Positions 37,557-50,446 of a stretch of DNA of 64,000 nucleotides are shown one piece after another; the stretch's first letter is position 1, and each line of letters opens with the position of its first letter. The translations under genes and the position numbers were made by a program. This stretch comes from Octopus vulgaris (Eukaryota), in NCBI GenBank assembly GCA_951406725.2, contig OX597814.1:191270001-191334000 (forward strand). The letters run 5' to 3'. Under the pieces are notes generated by a model. It had not been told where the DNA came from, did no database searches, and saw only the letters and a list, made by a program, of their open reading frames with translations.

Positions 37557-38219
37557 AATGGATTCTTGACTTTCTCTAGTTACTGTCTGGCAATGCAGTT
37601 CATCTCATGCCATTGACATTCACTTTGAAGAATATATGCAGACTTCGTTTTTTTTTTTTTTTGTTGTTGGATCTTTTCCTTTTGAACGGCACATGTCAAC
37701 ACAATTTCTAGTAAACTAAACACTTTAAAACTTCGTATACTGGTAGAATGTGTCAAAATAAAACATTTTTTTCTCTTGGCTTTCTTGATAAAATTGTAAT
37801 TCGTTTGTTTAACGTAGTTTAATTTTTCGAATTTTAACCAATGAATCGCCTCTAATTGAGCTAAAATCATTTGCTGTGTCTAAAACTGAGACAACATCCT
37901 GTCACTAACCCTAAACCTCACCCTAAACCTAACCCTAATTTTTTTTTCTTAATTGTTAAATTAATTTGATTGTTAATTTAATTGTTATCAAGAAAGCCAA
38001 GAGAAAAACATGTTTTATTTTGACACATTCTACCAGTATACGAAGTTTTAAAGTGTTTAGTTAACTAGAAATTGTGTTGACATGTACCGTTCAAAAGAAA
38101 AAGATCCCCCCCACAAAAAAAAAAACAACGAAGTCTGCACATATTCTTCAAAGTGAATGTCAATGGCATGAGATGAACTGCATTGCCAGACAGTAACTAG
38201 AGAAAGTCAAGAATCCATT
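37557..38219. repeat. Fold-back structure, ~235-bp inverted arms containing a GGATC-MITE end
   Basis: 37557-37795 is the reverse complement of ~37980-38219. The spacer has (CCCTAA)-like repeats. Confidence 0.9.
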
Positions 38220-38917
38220 TGTTTTCTGCCTCTCTCCTTGCTATATGGTATTTTTCTCTGCTGGCCTCTTGCCCCCAGTTTTTATAAGCCTGTTGCTTAT
38301 GCACTGTCTGCGGTATTGTTCCACCACCACCACCACATTACTTTGCATAAGGCTGGGACCATACACCAGCCACAAGTTTGGTTGGCAACCTCCAGCACAT
38401 TGTTCCATGAAAACTATGTTTCACTACACACACGCGCGCGCGCACACACATACACGCACGCACGCACGTACACAAGTGCGCACGGACGCAAGCACACACA
38501 CACAAGTGCGCACGTACGCACGTGCGCACGGACGCAAGCACGCACTCACAAACACACACATCTGTATGTATGTATATGCAAGTATGTGTGTGTGTGTGTG
38601 TGTCTGTTTGCCTGCCTGTATGTATGTATTTATGTATGTATGCCTGAATGCATGCTTGTATACACGTACACGTACATACATACATACATACATGCATGCA
38701 TGCATACACACATACATACAAAATATATAGATACATACACACAAACATACATGCATGCATTCATACATACATACATACATACATACATACATACATACAT
38801 ACATACATACATACATACATACATACATACATACATACATACATACATACATACATACATACATACATACATACATACATACATACATACATACATACAT
38901 ACATACATACATACATT

Positions 38918-39374
38918 AATATGGCTGCCCCCTCGTTATCGAGTATGGCTATTGCACGAAACTTAACTGTTACTGGTGCCGTGATCGAATGTGACTTTTT
39001 AGCCCAGCTAAAGATCTACAATGTCTTGTACAGAATTGGCAACTAAAACCTTTACTGGTAATAGCCGACTGTAGTTGTAACTGGGCTTCATGTACCTTTG
39101 CATGTCGTTTAAGTCCTCCCGCCGAATTACACTCTCTTTCACATGCCTGACAGATATGATTAGTATGGTGCATTACGCCACCACCAGTGGCCAGGTTGTC
39201 ACTCATCTGTCTCGTTTTATGACTACGAAGATGACTCATGAGTCCAGCTTTACTGAGGCAGGGTCTTGCACAGACATTGCATGTCAGAATCAAAGGAAGA
39301 CCCTTCCCTTCTGGAAGTGTAACAGCGATGCCCTTCCTGACATCCCTCCTTACTTTCTCATGTGCATCTCGATA

Positions 39375-39376
<2 letters not shown>
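38918..39376 (-). mobile_element. RTE-clade LINE 3' end with three C2H2 zinc fingers
   Basis: CNVCARPCLSKAGLMSHLRSH, CQACERECNSAGGLKRHAKVH and CQFCTRHCRSLAGLKSHIRSRH, then a stop, a short UTR and (ATGT)n. Confidence 0.75.
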
Positions 39377-39405
<29 letters not shown>

Positions 39406-39407
39406 CA

Positions 39408-39438
<31 letters not shown>

Positions 39439-39520
39439 GTACAAACTTGCATTCCTGCATACATACATACATCCATACATATGTACGTACATTAGTAAAT
39501 ACATGCGTACATACGTACAT

Positions 39521-39899
39521 GCGGAGGCCCAGTGGTTAGGGCAGCGGACTCGCGGTCATAGGATCGCGGTTTCGATTCCCAAACCGGGCGTTGTGAGTGT
39601 TTATTGAGCGAAAACACCTAAAAGCTCCACGAGGCTCCGGCAGGGGATGGTGGTGACCCCTGCTGTACTCTTTCACCACAACTTTCTCTCACTCTTACTT
39701 CCTGTTTCTGTTGTACCTGTATTTCAAGGGGCCGGCCTTGTCACTCTCTGTGTCACGCTGAATATCCCCGAGAACTACGTTAAGGGTGCACGTGTCTGTG
39801 GAGTGTTCAGCCACTTACACGTTAATTTCACGAGCAGGCTGTTCCGTTGATTCGGATCAACCGGAACCCTCATTGTCGTAACCGACGGAGTGCTTCCAC
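39521..39899 (+). mobile_element. Family C SINE, young copy, second tail type
   Basis: CpG-intact head CAGTGGTTAGGGCAGCGGACTCGCGG..GTTTCGATTCC. Flanked by CATACGTACATG repeats. The tail is shared with 45823-46135. Confidence 0.88.
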
Positions 39900-40076
39900 A
39901 TACGTACATGTAATGAAAGTGATGCAATAAAATCTGTACATAGTAAATTCTTAATTTTCTGAAACTTCCATCCGAGTTGGGGACAGAAAGCCAAAACTGG
40001 GAAGCAAATGTTAGTGATTCACGAGGAGGAAGGGAGATAATTTCCAGAAATTTAAACGTAAGTTCTTGAATGATTT

Positions 40077-40475
40077 ATTCTTTTCTACTTTAGGTACAAG
40101 GCCCGAAATGGTTGGGGGAGGGGGCCAGTCGATTAGATCGACCTGAGTACGTAACTGGTACTTAATTTATCAACCCCGAAAGGACGAAAGACAAAGTCGA
40201 CCTCGGCGGAATTTGAGCTCAGAACACAAAGACAGACGAAATACCTATTTCTTTACTACCCACAAGGAGCTAAACACAGAGAGGACAAACAAGGACAGAC
40301 AAACGGATGAAGTCGATTACATCGACCCCAGTGCGTAACTGGTACTTAATTTATCAACCCCGAAAGGATGAAAGGTAAAGTCGACCTCGGCGGAATTTGT
40401 GCTCAGAACACAAAGACAGACGAAATACCGCTAAGCATTTCGCCCAGTAAGCAAACTTTTCTGCTAGCTCATGGC
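40077..40475 (-). mobile_element. Dimeric family B SINE
   Basis: Same dimer junction as 28415. TSD GTTCTTGAAT(G/T)ATTTATT. Confidence 0.87.
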
Positions 40476-42626
40476 CGTTCTTGAATTATTTATTAAACTG
40501 CAGAAAGTACAGCATGGTGTTCCATTACAAGCCCCGATCAGCTATATACATGTTTGTACATATGTATGATTGATTGATTGATTTACCGAACGATAAACCA
40601 AGCAATCGATTAGCTAATTGGATAAGTATTAACGAATTGACTAACAACAACAACAACAGTAATCTATTTTACTCTAGGCACAAGGCTCGAAATTTTTGGG
40701 GGAGGGGGCCTGTCGATTAGATCGACACTAGTACGCAACTGATATTTAATTTATCGAGCCGGAAAGGATGAAAGACAAAGTCAACGCTGGTGGAATTTGA
40801 ACTCAGAATGCAAAGACAGAAGAAACGCCGCTAAGCATTTCACCTAGCATGCTAACGTTTCTGCCAGCTCTAAAAGAAGGGAAATTGAGCCAGTGTGTGT
40901 GTTTATTATTGGCCTAATGATCCTCTCAAGACACACACACACACACAAAATGATTATTGTTATGCTACTGGTCATCTGCTTAGACAGACATACGAGCAAA
41001 TATGTTCCAGCCATGTCATCCCTTCTTTTATTCGGACACACTAGATCTAGGACTACATTTTCCAACGAGTCCTTCCATGGGGTGTGATATGAATAAGATT
41101 TAACATTTCTAATAGACTGCAGCTGTAGACAGAGAGAATTTACGTGAAAATAACCGGCAGCATATATTCTATAAACAATATTCACCGACAGGAAAAAGAA
41201 ACGAATTCATTTCTTTTTCCTGTCTTAGATTTTACGTGGAAAATTCCTTCACAATGGACAAACAGCTGTTTTTAATTAAACTGTAAAAACTTGCAAACCA
41301 ACAACCGGTTGAAAGGGAGCTAACTCTTTAAAGCGTTTTAAATTATTTCCCTTCATGCCTTAAACTCATAAATGTTTTTTATAATTGAAATTAATGATAA
41401 TAATTAAAACGATTACAACAAAATTTTTAATTATATGTAGGTGTTATTCAGCTCCTTGTCAGCACTCATCGAACGAGACTGTGAACAGAAGCGTTCCAGC
41501 TGTGACCATCTCGTCTTTTTGTATATATCTGATTACATTATCGTTTTTTTTTTTAAAATGTAAAGTATGATTTGAAAGTGATTTATCTGTCAACTGCAGC
41601 AGGTCGGGAGAAGCCAAGTAGAGGTCCCATGGTGAAGGAGATTGACAGAATCATTAGGGAGTCGAACAAAATGCTGACAACGATAATCAGAAATTGCAAC
41701 TACCGTATTCGATGACATATAAAACTCATTTTTTTCCCTCCAAAAAGTGTCTAAAAAAAAAAAAATCACTCTGGGACCTTTTTGAAAAGTTGGTCCTCTG
41801 ATTAATTTTAATGCTCTGAAAACTTTTTCCTGAATTTGCACCACTGAAATTGGGGTACATCTAATAAACCTGTACATCTTTGCATCGTTGTCATGTACTG
41901 CACACCTACAATACATTGATGACTCTCCTATGAAAGTGTCTTCCGGATTAAGCACTAGTTCTCCAGCCTCCATGACATTCTTCTCCGACCAGCTCTTGAT
42001 ATTTCCCAGCCATTGCATTCTTTGCCAGTCTCTTGATTTACTGCTTTCTACTCTTCCTTCCATGACAATGCTTTTTGGACCTCTGCTTCTTTGAATATTG
42101 CCATAATAAACAAGGCTTTTAATAATGAATAAATAAATAAATGCGCCCTTTTAAAGCCTAGCCAGGCTCATGGGCCCGGTTTCCATGGCATATGTTTTCC
42201 CCAGCTGGATGGGATGCCAGTCCATCGCAGCGTTAATCATTTTTGCCAGCTGAGTGGACTGGAGCAACGTGAAATGAAGTGTTTTGCTCAAGAACACAAA
42301 GCGTCGCCCAGTCCAGGAATCGAAACCACAATCTTACAATCATAATGCTGACACCCTAACCACTAAGCCACACGCCTCCACAATAAACGAGCTTTTGTTT
42401 GTTCACAATGTTCAGGAGTTGTCATTTTCACCTACTTGTAACATCCATTCATTTGTCCAATGGTCCTTGTAAGAGACTTGTAACATTCTTCTATACACCC
42501 TGTTAAGTCAAGAGTCTCATCACAGGCTGATGAGAGCTGCTACTGGTACTACATTAACCGGTTCTACCTTTTCTATGGCTGAGTGGTCAACGACTCAACT
42601 GGCTCCCACACTTGAGTGACTATAAT

Positions 42627-43005
42627 AGAAATAATAATATTTCTATTTTTGAAAACCAGTGGATGCATTCCACTGAATTTAGGTAAAATAATCCTTCGAA
42701 CAGGTGGTCAAAGTGACACCTACTGGGTTCGTCTGCTCTGCATTGATAAAGGGCAAATAACCTGAAACTAGTCTGCGGATGCCTGACCAGCAAGGGGAAG
42801 TGGCTGACCTCCCCTGCTTGAAGGTTATAATGGACACAGGTTCATGTGTCACATAGCTAGCTAGAGGTGATGGCCTCTTGGAGCTAATCAATGGCAGCTT
42901 TCGTCCTGTATTTATGGACTGCCATATTAGCTTGGTGATAACTATTAATATCCAGTACCGCTGCCGTAGTCACCTTTAGAGAGACTTAGAAATAATAATA
43001 TTTAT
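42627..43005 (+). mobile_element. Penelope pLTR/retrozyme-like unit with a degenerate minimal hammerhead
   Basis: AGAAATAATAATATTT recurs ~360 bp apart. GCA-TTGATAA-AGGG-CAAATAA-CCT-GAAAC-TA-GTC-TGC at 42740-42776. Confidence 0.45.
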
Positions 43006-43016
43006 ATATCTATATC

Positions 43017-43103
<87 letters not shown>

Positions 43104-43177
43104 CATATATATACACACACAAATACTTACATATATGTATATATATCTGTAGGTATCTCTCTCTCTCTCCCCCTCCC

Positions 43178-43245
<68 letters not shown>

Positions 43246-44089
43246 CATCCCATCTATGCTCAGATCCCCATTCCTTGCAGGTATACCCTGGCACTTCACC
43301 ACCATCTCTCACCTGCTCTCTCTTGCACTCTTGTTGTGTCCCATCCTCTTTCTTTTCCCTTGTTCTTCCCTCTGGCTGGGTAACCATGTATCTTATCTCC
43401 TCTTCAGCAGCATGCCTGTTTTTGCTTTCATTCATGATCTCTCTCTCTCTGCTGACTGGGTAACCATGTACCTCCTCTACAACAAGACACCCGTTTCTGT
43501 CTCTCTGTCACACTCTAACCTTTCATCATCTGACACAAGATGACTTTCTCCGATGCCCCTCCCCTCTCAAAGATTCCTTATCTTGCCAAGTTATTTGGTG
43601 ACTGTGCCAGTGCTGGTGCCACATAAGAGGCATCCAGTCCACACTGTAAAGTGGTTGGCCTTTGGAAGGGCATTGAGATGTTAAAAACCATGCCAAAACT
43701 GACCTCGCCTGTGCCGGTGCCACGTAAAATGCACTCAGTCCACTCTGTGGGGTGGTTGGTGCTAGGAAGGGCATCCAGCCATAAAAAAAAAACCCTTGCC
43801 AAAACAGACACAGAAGTATGATGTGGGCTCCTACCTGGTCAGCTCCTGTCAAACCATCCAACCCATGCCGGCATGAAAGGAGGACGTTAAACAATGATGA
43901 TGCTGATAATGAATTTAATTAAGTTTAAGTTCCTCATTAACTTCACAACATATTCTGTAAAAGGTACGTTAATTAGAAAAATAATTAATTTCTAATAATC
44001 ACCCCTCCTTGTTCTCCCTGTAAAATTTTTAACAATTTATGAAGATTGTGTTTGTTACAAGAAATATATTGTTTAACATATATACAAGA

Positions 44090-44468
44090 GCACCATCTGG
44101 GCGTGATCGTTGCCAGAGCGACTAACTGTCGTTCGTACCAGTGGCACGCAAAAAGCACCATTCGAGCATGACTGTTACCAGCGTCACCTTACTGGCACTT
44201 GTGCAGGTGGCACGTAAAAATACATGATTTTTTCGTGGCCATTGCCAGTACTGCCTGACTGGCCCTTGTGCCGGTGACACATAAAAGCACTCACTACACT
44301 CTCGGAGTGGTTGGCGTTAGGAAGGGCATCCAGCAGTAGAAACTCTGCCAGATCAAGATTGAAGCCTGGTGCAGTCATCTGGTTCGCCACTCCTCAGTCA
44401 AATCGTCCAACCCATGCTAGCATGGAAAGCAGACGTTAAAGGATGATGATGATGATGATGATGATGAC
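44090..44468 (+). mobile_element. Retroposon 3' end ending in (GAT)n, probably RTE-related; relatives at 1-258, 43570-43910 and 46420-46858
   Basis: Shared GGCGTTAGGAAGGGCATCCAGC core and CCAACCCATGCTAGCATGG..GACGTTAAA(TGA)n tail. Confidence 0.7.
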
Positions 44469-44626
44469 ACACACTTCAAATTAGTAAAAGGTCTGTTAAT
44501 TTTAAATTTAAAAGAAATGATATTTATATCTCTGAAGACTGAGTCATTAAGGGCTAAGTGTCATTAAGGGCTATGGGATTCTGTGCAGTCTTGGTAACAT
44601 TCTACAAACAGCTAAATTATCTAGAT

Positions 44627-44674
<48 letters not shown>

Positions 44675-45822
44675 GAGAGTGGGGTAGTAGGTATGGGAAA
44701 GTGAGAGACAGTGTGTGAATGTGTGTTTGTGTGTGCATGTGTTAGTATGTCTGAATGTGTGTGCCTGTATACATGTTGTGTTGATAGTAATATAGAATGT
44801 TACACATAGACAATATTAATGTGACAACTGAGTACTCCAAGTGATTTGTCACTTTATCTACTGTCAGACCCCCTCACAGTTGGGTGGGGAACAATGATAA
44901 AAACAATCTACTGAATAGCTTTTTAGATATGAAAGCCTTTTTTTTTTTACTTTTAATAAGATTGACTTGGTTTCAAGATAATAACAATTTATCTATCCCA
45001 AGCTCCTTCCCATTTATTAAATACTAATTCTGCTGATGTGTCAAAAGAAAATCTTTATTTTCCTGGTGATTCATAATTCTTTTTCTTAACTCCTCTTTTC
45101 AGTTGTTAGCTGTTAACATTTATCAGAAATTTATGAGTTTGCTTATGGGAATTGTGCAGCGAAAGATATTGTGTTTCAAATGTGCAGCTTGCACCAAGAA
45201 AGCATTCTGATGCCAATGATAATAATCATTGCCAGTTGCCATACACCTAAGTATGAGTAATATTATATAACTTGATATTTTTATATGAATTCTTTGTAAC
45301 CTCTAATGGCAAGTTAGATGGACATGAAAGATTGATGGAGTAGATATTTTTCGTAGCTTGATGTATACATTTTAGCGAAATTTATCTCAAAAGGCTAACC
45401 GGTTCATATCCCGAGTCTGTATCCATGGTTATAACATTTCAACATTTCTCTATTCTTAGTTGTGAACAGGTACTAAGAATGGTACTGTTTACCATTGTAA
45501 GCCTCAAGAATATGAGCCAGCGAGAGAGTCTCGACTCAATTTCTCAGCCTACAGCAATTAACAACCTAATTCATTTTCAAGTTAAACATTGCCATCTTAA
45601 AAAAGCAAGGACACCCTGGATAATGTGACCTCCTTCGGTCATGAATGACCATGTAATTGCACTTAGAAAGTTACCCTCCCAGGCACAAGTCCGAGCAAGG
45701 TTGTTTATGGAAGATCAGCAGTCGCCCACGCATACCAGCCTCCCCTCTCCATGCCACCGATGTTATCCAAGGGAAAGGCAAAGGCCGATACAGCTTGGCA
45801 CCAGTAACGTTGCAGCTCATTT

Positions 45823-46135
45823 ATCAACATGCAAGTGGCTGAGCACTCCACAGACACGTGTACCCTTAACGTAGTTCTCGGGGAGATTCAGTGTGACACA
45901 GAGTGTGACAAGGTTGGCCCTTTGAAATACACGTACAACAGAAACAGGAAGAAAGAATGAGAGAAAGTTGTGGTGAAAGAGTACAGAAGGGTTCACCACC
46001 ACCCCCTGCTGGAGCCTCGTGGAGCTTTAGGTGTTTTCACTCAATAAACACTCACAATGCCCGGTCTGGGAATTGAAACCGCGATCTTATGACTGTGAGT
46101 CCGCTGCCCTAACCACTGGGCCATTGCACCTCCAC
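45823..46135 (-). mobile_element. Family C SINE
   Basis: Reverse complement of 39521-39830. Confidence 0.85.
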
Positions 46136-46419
46136 CCTGGATAATGTAGAGCTGGTATTACAGTCCGAAAAAATAAGATTAAATGTCCATAGATGGAACA
46201 CTTTACTATTAGGCATCCTTAATTAGAGCTCACCTGGAGTCAAATACCTTCAACCATAACAACCAACTAAGGATGCTGTATCTTTAATCTAGAGGTTGGA
46301 ATGCTTTAATTTATGTATATTTGATTTCAGTTGACTAAAAGTTAAAGACATTGAACGATAACAATAACCCTTTAGCATTTAAACTGACCGTATCTGGCCA
46401 AAGTATTTTATCTGTTTTA

Positions 46420-46640
46420 AGCACCATCTGAACGTGGCCAATGCTAGCGCCGCTTAGACTGGCTTCCGTGCCTGTGGCACATAAAAAGCACTATCCAAAT
46501 CGTGGCCGATGCCAGCGCCACCTTGACTGGCTTCCGTGCCAGTGGCACATAAAAAGCACCATCCGAATCGTGGCCAATGCCAGCGCCGCCTCGACTGGCT
46601 TCCGTGCCGGTGGCACGTAAAATGCACCAATCCGATCATG
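46420..46640 (+). repeat. ~63-bp tandem repeat x3 inside a retroposon
   Basis: Units resemble GCACCATCCGAATCGTGGCCRATGCCAGCGCCGCCTCGACTGGCTTCCGTGCCGGTGGCACRTAAAAA. Confidence 0.85.
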
Positions 46641-48294
46641 GCCATTGCCAGCCTCGCCTGGCACCTGTGCAGGTGGCACGTAAATAGCACCCACTACACT
46701 CACGGAGTTATTGGCGTTAGGAAGGGCATCCAGCCATAGAAACACTGCCAGATCAGACAGGGCCTGGCGCAGCCTTCTAGCTTCCCAGACCCCAGTTGAA
46801 CTGTCCAACCCATGCTAGCATGGAGAACGGACGTTAAACGATGATGATGATGATGATGCTTGAACTAGCCAGATCTTGCCTTTCACACCAACCCTAAATG
46901 TCATTTTAAACATAAACAACTACATCATTGAAATTTCAAAGTTACAAGATAATGCTTAATTAATTCAAACAATGTGTATAAATAGGCATTACATTTGAAG
47001 TAATTTGAATGCTAAAGGGTTAATGCAGAAGTTATTAAATGTTGCACTATCATGAATTGTAGCATTACAAGAGTTGTCTTGGTGTGCATGTATATTTTTA
47101 AAAATATACTTGGACATCTTGAAAAATGTGTCATTCATAATTTTGTTTAATAAAGCAAGATAAGCAATTATTATCTCTATTGCTTCAATGTTTTTTCAAA
47201 CTTTAAAACAGACTTTCTTTAAACTTAGCCATGTACAGTGCACCAGTAATCCATGGCATAGCTACAATGAGTTCCACTGGGGCAGCCCTTCAATTTACTG
47301 CCTCCAACCCTGTTCCCTACCCTTGAGAAATTGAGTCGAGACTCTCTCGCTGGCTCATATTCTTGAGGCTTACAATGGTAAACAGTACCATTCTTAGTAC
47401 CTGTTTACAACTAAGAATAGAGAAATGTTGAAATGTTATAACCATGGATACAGACTCAGGATATGAAGCAGTTAGCCTTTTGAGATAAATTTTGCTAAAA
47501 TGTATATATCAAGCTACGAAAAATATCTACATCAAACCCAAAAGTGCTACCCAGAGTAGACTCCACCCTGTCACCCCCTACCAGCTATATCACTACCAGT
47601 AATTCCTTTTTGTTTGATCCCAGTGTACCATGAAGTCAACAGAATCCCTAAATTGAAGGACTGTACTGAATTCAGATTATACCACTGCAAATAAAAAACC
47701 ACGAGTTAGATAGCATGTAACCACTCAAATTACTGAAGGTACATAGCTCAGTGAGTTGAGCATCAGGTTTACAATTGTGAGGCAGTAGGTTCAATTCCTG
47801 GACTGGGTTGTGTGTTGCATTCTTGAGCAAGGCACTTTATTTTATGTTGCTCCAGTTCACTCAGCTGTAGAAAAGAGTTGCAATGTTACTGGTACCAAGC
47901 TGTATCTGTCTTAGCCTTTCCCTTGAACAACATCAGTGGCGTGGAGGAGAGAGACTGGTATATGTAGGCAACTGCTGGTCTTCCACAAACAACTTTGCCC
48001 AGACTTGTGCCTCAGAGGGGAACTTTCTAGGTGCAATCCCATGGTCATTTGTGACTGAAGGTGTTCTTCACCTTTTTTAATCACTCAGACTCAACTATCC
48101 TGAGATTATGGGACGCAGCATGGTGGATGTGAACTATTTCAGCAGATAAATCTTCTTCCTTGAAAAGATAGCTTAACTGTGCTCTAAATGGAGGTGTAGT
48201 CAAATCCTGTTTTATGGACTCAACCATGTTCTAAAATAAGTGGAAGGTAAGCTACTATAAATCGGCACGAACTTTCCGGACAACCCAATATTTA

Positions 48295-50446
48295 ATATTC
48301 TTAAGGTAAAGGTGGTGAGCTGGCAGAAACATTTACACGCTAGGTGAAATGCTTAGCGGTTTTTCATCTGTCTTTACATTCTGAGTTCAAATTCCGCCGA
48401 GGTTGACTTTGCCTCATTTTGGGGTTGATAAATTAAGTACTGGTTGCATACTGGGGTTGATCTAATTGACTGGCCCCCTCCCCCAAAATTTCGGGCCTTG
48501 TGCCTAGAGTAGAAAAGAATATTCTTAAGGTAGCAAACTGGCAGAGTTATTAGCATGTTGGACAAAATATTTATCAGCAACTCTCCCAGTCCTCTATGGT
48601 CTGGTTCAAATACTACCAAGATCAAATTTGCTTCTGATCCAATCATGGTTGATAAAATAAGATACCAGTCAAGAATTGGAGTCAATGCAAATGACTTAAC
48701 TCTCCCCATTAAATTGCTATCCAGTTGCCAAAATTAGAAAGAATAATTTAATATCTTTAAGAAAGGAATTCATATTATGCAATCTAATTTAGCCTTTATT
48801 ATAGATATCTTGCATTATAATTCCATTTACATATAAGATGCTTTATAGGAATATTAAATTAACTTAAGTACTTGAATACTTTAGTTTAGTGATACCAGGA
48901 AGATAAAATACAAAGTAGTCCTTGATGAGATTTAGTTATGCATCTTTATGTAAACAGCCATAACTAACCCACACAGGAATTCTATCAACACTTTCATGAT
49001 TCTGCTAATACATGATGTTTGTTGCTTATTTTAGAAATAGTTTATACTGATCTCATCTTTCTGACATAATCCTAACAACCTTCCTTTCAATCATGTACAT
49101 AGTCACTCAATTATATTTCGCTGAGATCACTGGTACATCTCACTCACCATTATAATATCTTCTTAAATATTTGTTTGAAAAACCTGTACAGGTGCAAGTA
49201 AAAAAAATGCCAGTAGTTGGCTGAAATGGTAGAACATCATATTAAAATCTTAAAATATAGAGTTTTATCCATCTGCATTCTAAGTTCAGATTCTTCAAAT
49301 GTATTAACTTAACTTTTTTCCTTCTCATTCCTCAAAGCGTTGGATGAATAACACCCATATACAGAGGTTAATTCATTTGACTAGACTTTACCCTTGAAAG
49401 ACAACCAGCTTTGTGTCTTTGTAAAGAATCATTATTGTAGCAGGTAAAAAAAAACTTTTATTCTTTTGGCTGCTTTTGAAATGACGACTGGAAGGAATTA
49501 ACAAATCCAGTACAACTTCGTGAAAACTAAAGTCATACCATTCAAAGGACTTAACACACTGTCTAAATTGAATGATTTTAAAAATACATTAGACTAACTA
49601 ATTTTATAATCTCAAGTTATGTCATGCTGAAGAGCACATAATGAAGACAAAATTGTACTATCCTCAACTACTGGGAAGTTTAATTAAAGAATTATATTGA
49701 AACAATACATGCTGTTTTCACTCTTTGGTAATGATTTCTCAACATAGGATGGGATGGGGGAAGAAACTTAGAAGCATTTCTCTCTCTTTAAGTAGCACAC
49801 CCTCTCTCTTCCACCCTATAAAGTAGTTCCCAACCAAGCTCTTGAATAGCACTTTTGGTCAAAATAGCAACATTTGTGCATAAATCAGAAATCTATTTTT
49901 TCTGTATGAGGATTGAATTCACTATTGAAATCAGTTATTATTCAATATTTTTAAAATAAAGGTGGTGAGCTGGCAGAAAGATTTGCACGCCAGGTGAAAT
50001 GCTTAGTGATATTTCGTCTGTCTTTATATTCTGAGTTCAAATTCCACCAAGGTTGACTTCACCTTTCATTGTTTCGGGGTTGATAAGCTAAGTATTGGTT
50101 GCATACTGGGGTCGATCTATGTAACTGGGGGCGATTAGATCGACCCCAGTATGCAACCAGTATTCCAAAAATTTCGGGCCTTATGCCTAGAGTAGAAAAG
50201 AATATTCTTAAGGTAGCAAACTGGCAGAGTTGTTAGCATGTTGGACAAAATATTTATCAGCAACTCTACCAGTCCTTTATGATCTGGTTCAAATACTACC
50301 AAGATCAAATTTGCTTCTGATCCCATCATGGGTGATAAAATAAAATACCAGTCAAGAAATGGAGTCAATGCAAATGACTTAACTCTCCCCATTAAATTGC
50401 TATCCAGTTGCCAAAATTAGAAAGAATAATTTAATATACTTAAGAA
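48295..50446 (+). repeat. Direct duplication of a two-SINE block (48295-48763 / ~49944-50446)
   Basis: The old diverged SINE at 48483-48763 recurs almost identically at 50165-50446. Confidence 0.88.

Larger units (their letters stand above)
45340..47530. repeat. 207-bp inverted repeat pair (45340-45546 / 47324-47530)
   Basis: Near-identical reverse-complement match. Several of the differences are CpG transitions. Confidence 0.92.

Noticed and set aside
39521-39600. tRNA-like sequences at SINE heads
   Set aside because: They continue into SINE bodies with TSDs and lack complete cloverleaves, so they are not tRNA genes.
45103-45250. Possible plus-strand exon (pyrimidine tract-CAG ... GTATGA)
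   Set aside because: All three frames contain stops and there is no recognisable homology. A non-coding exon cannot be excluded.
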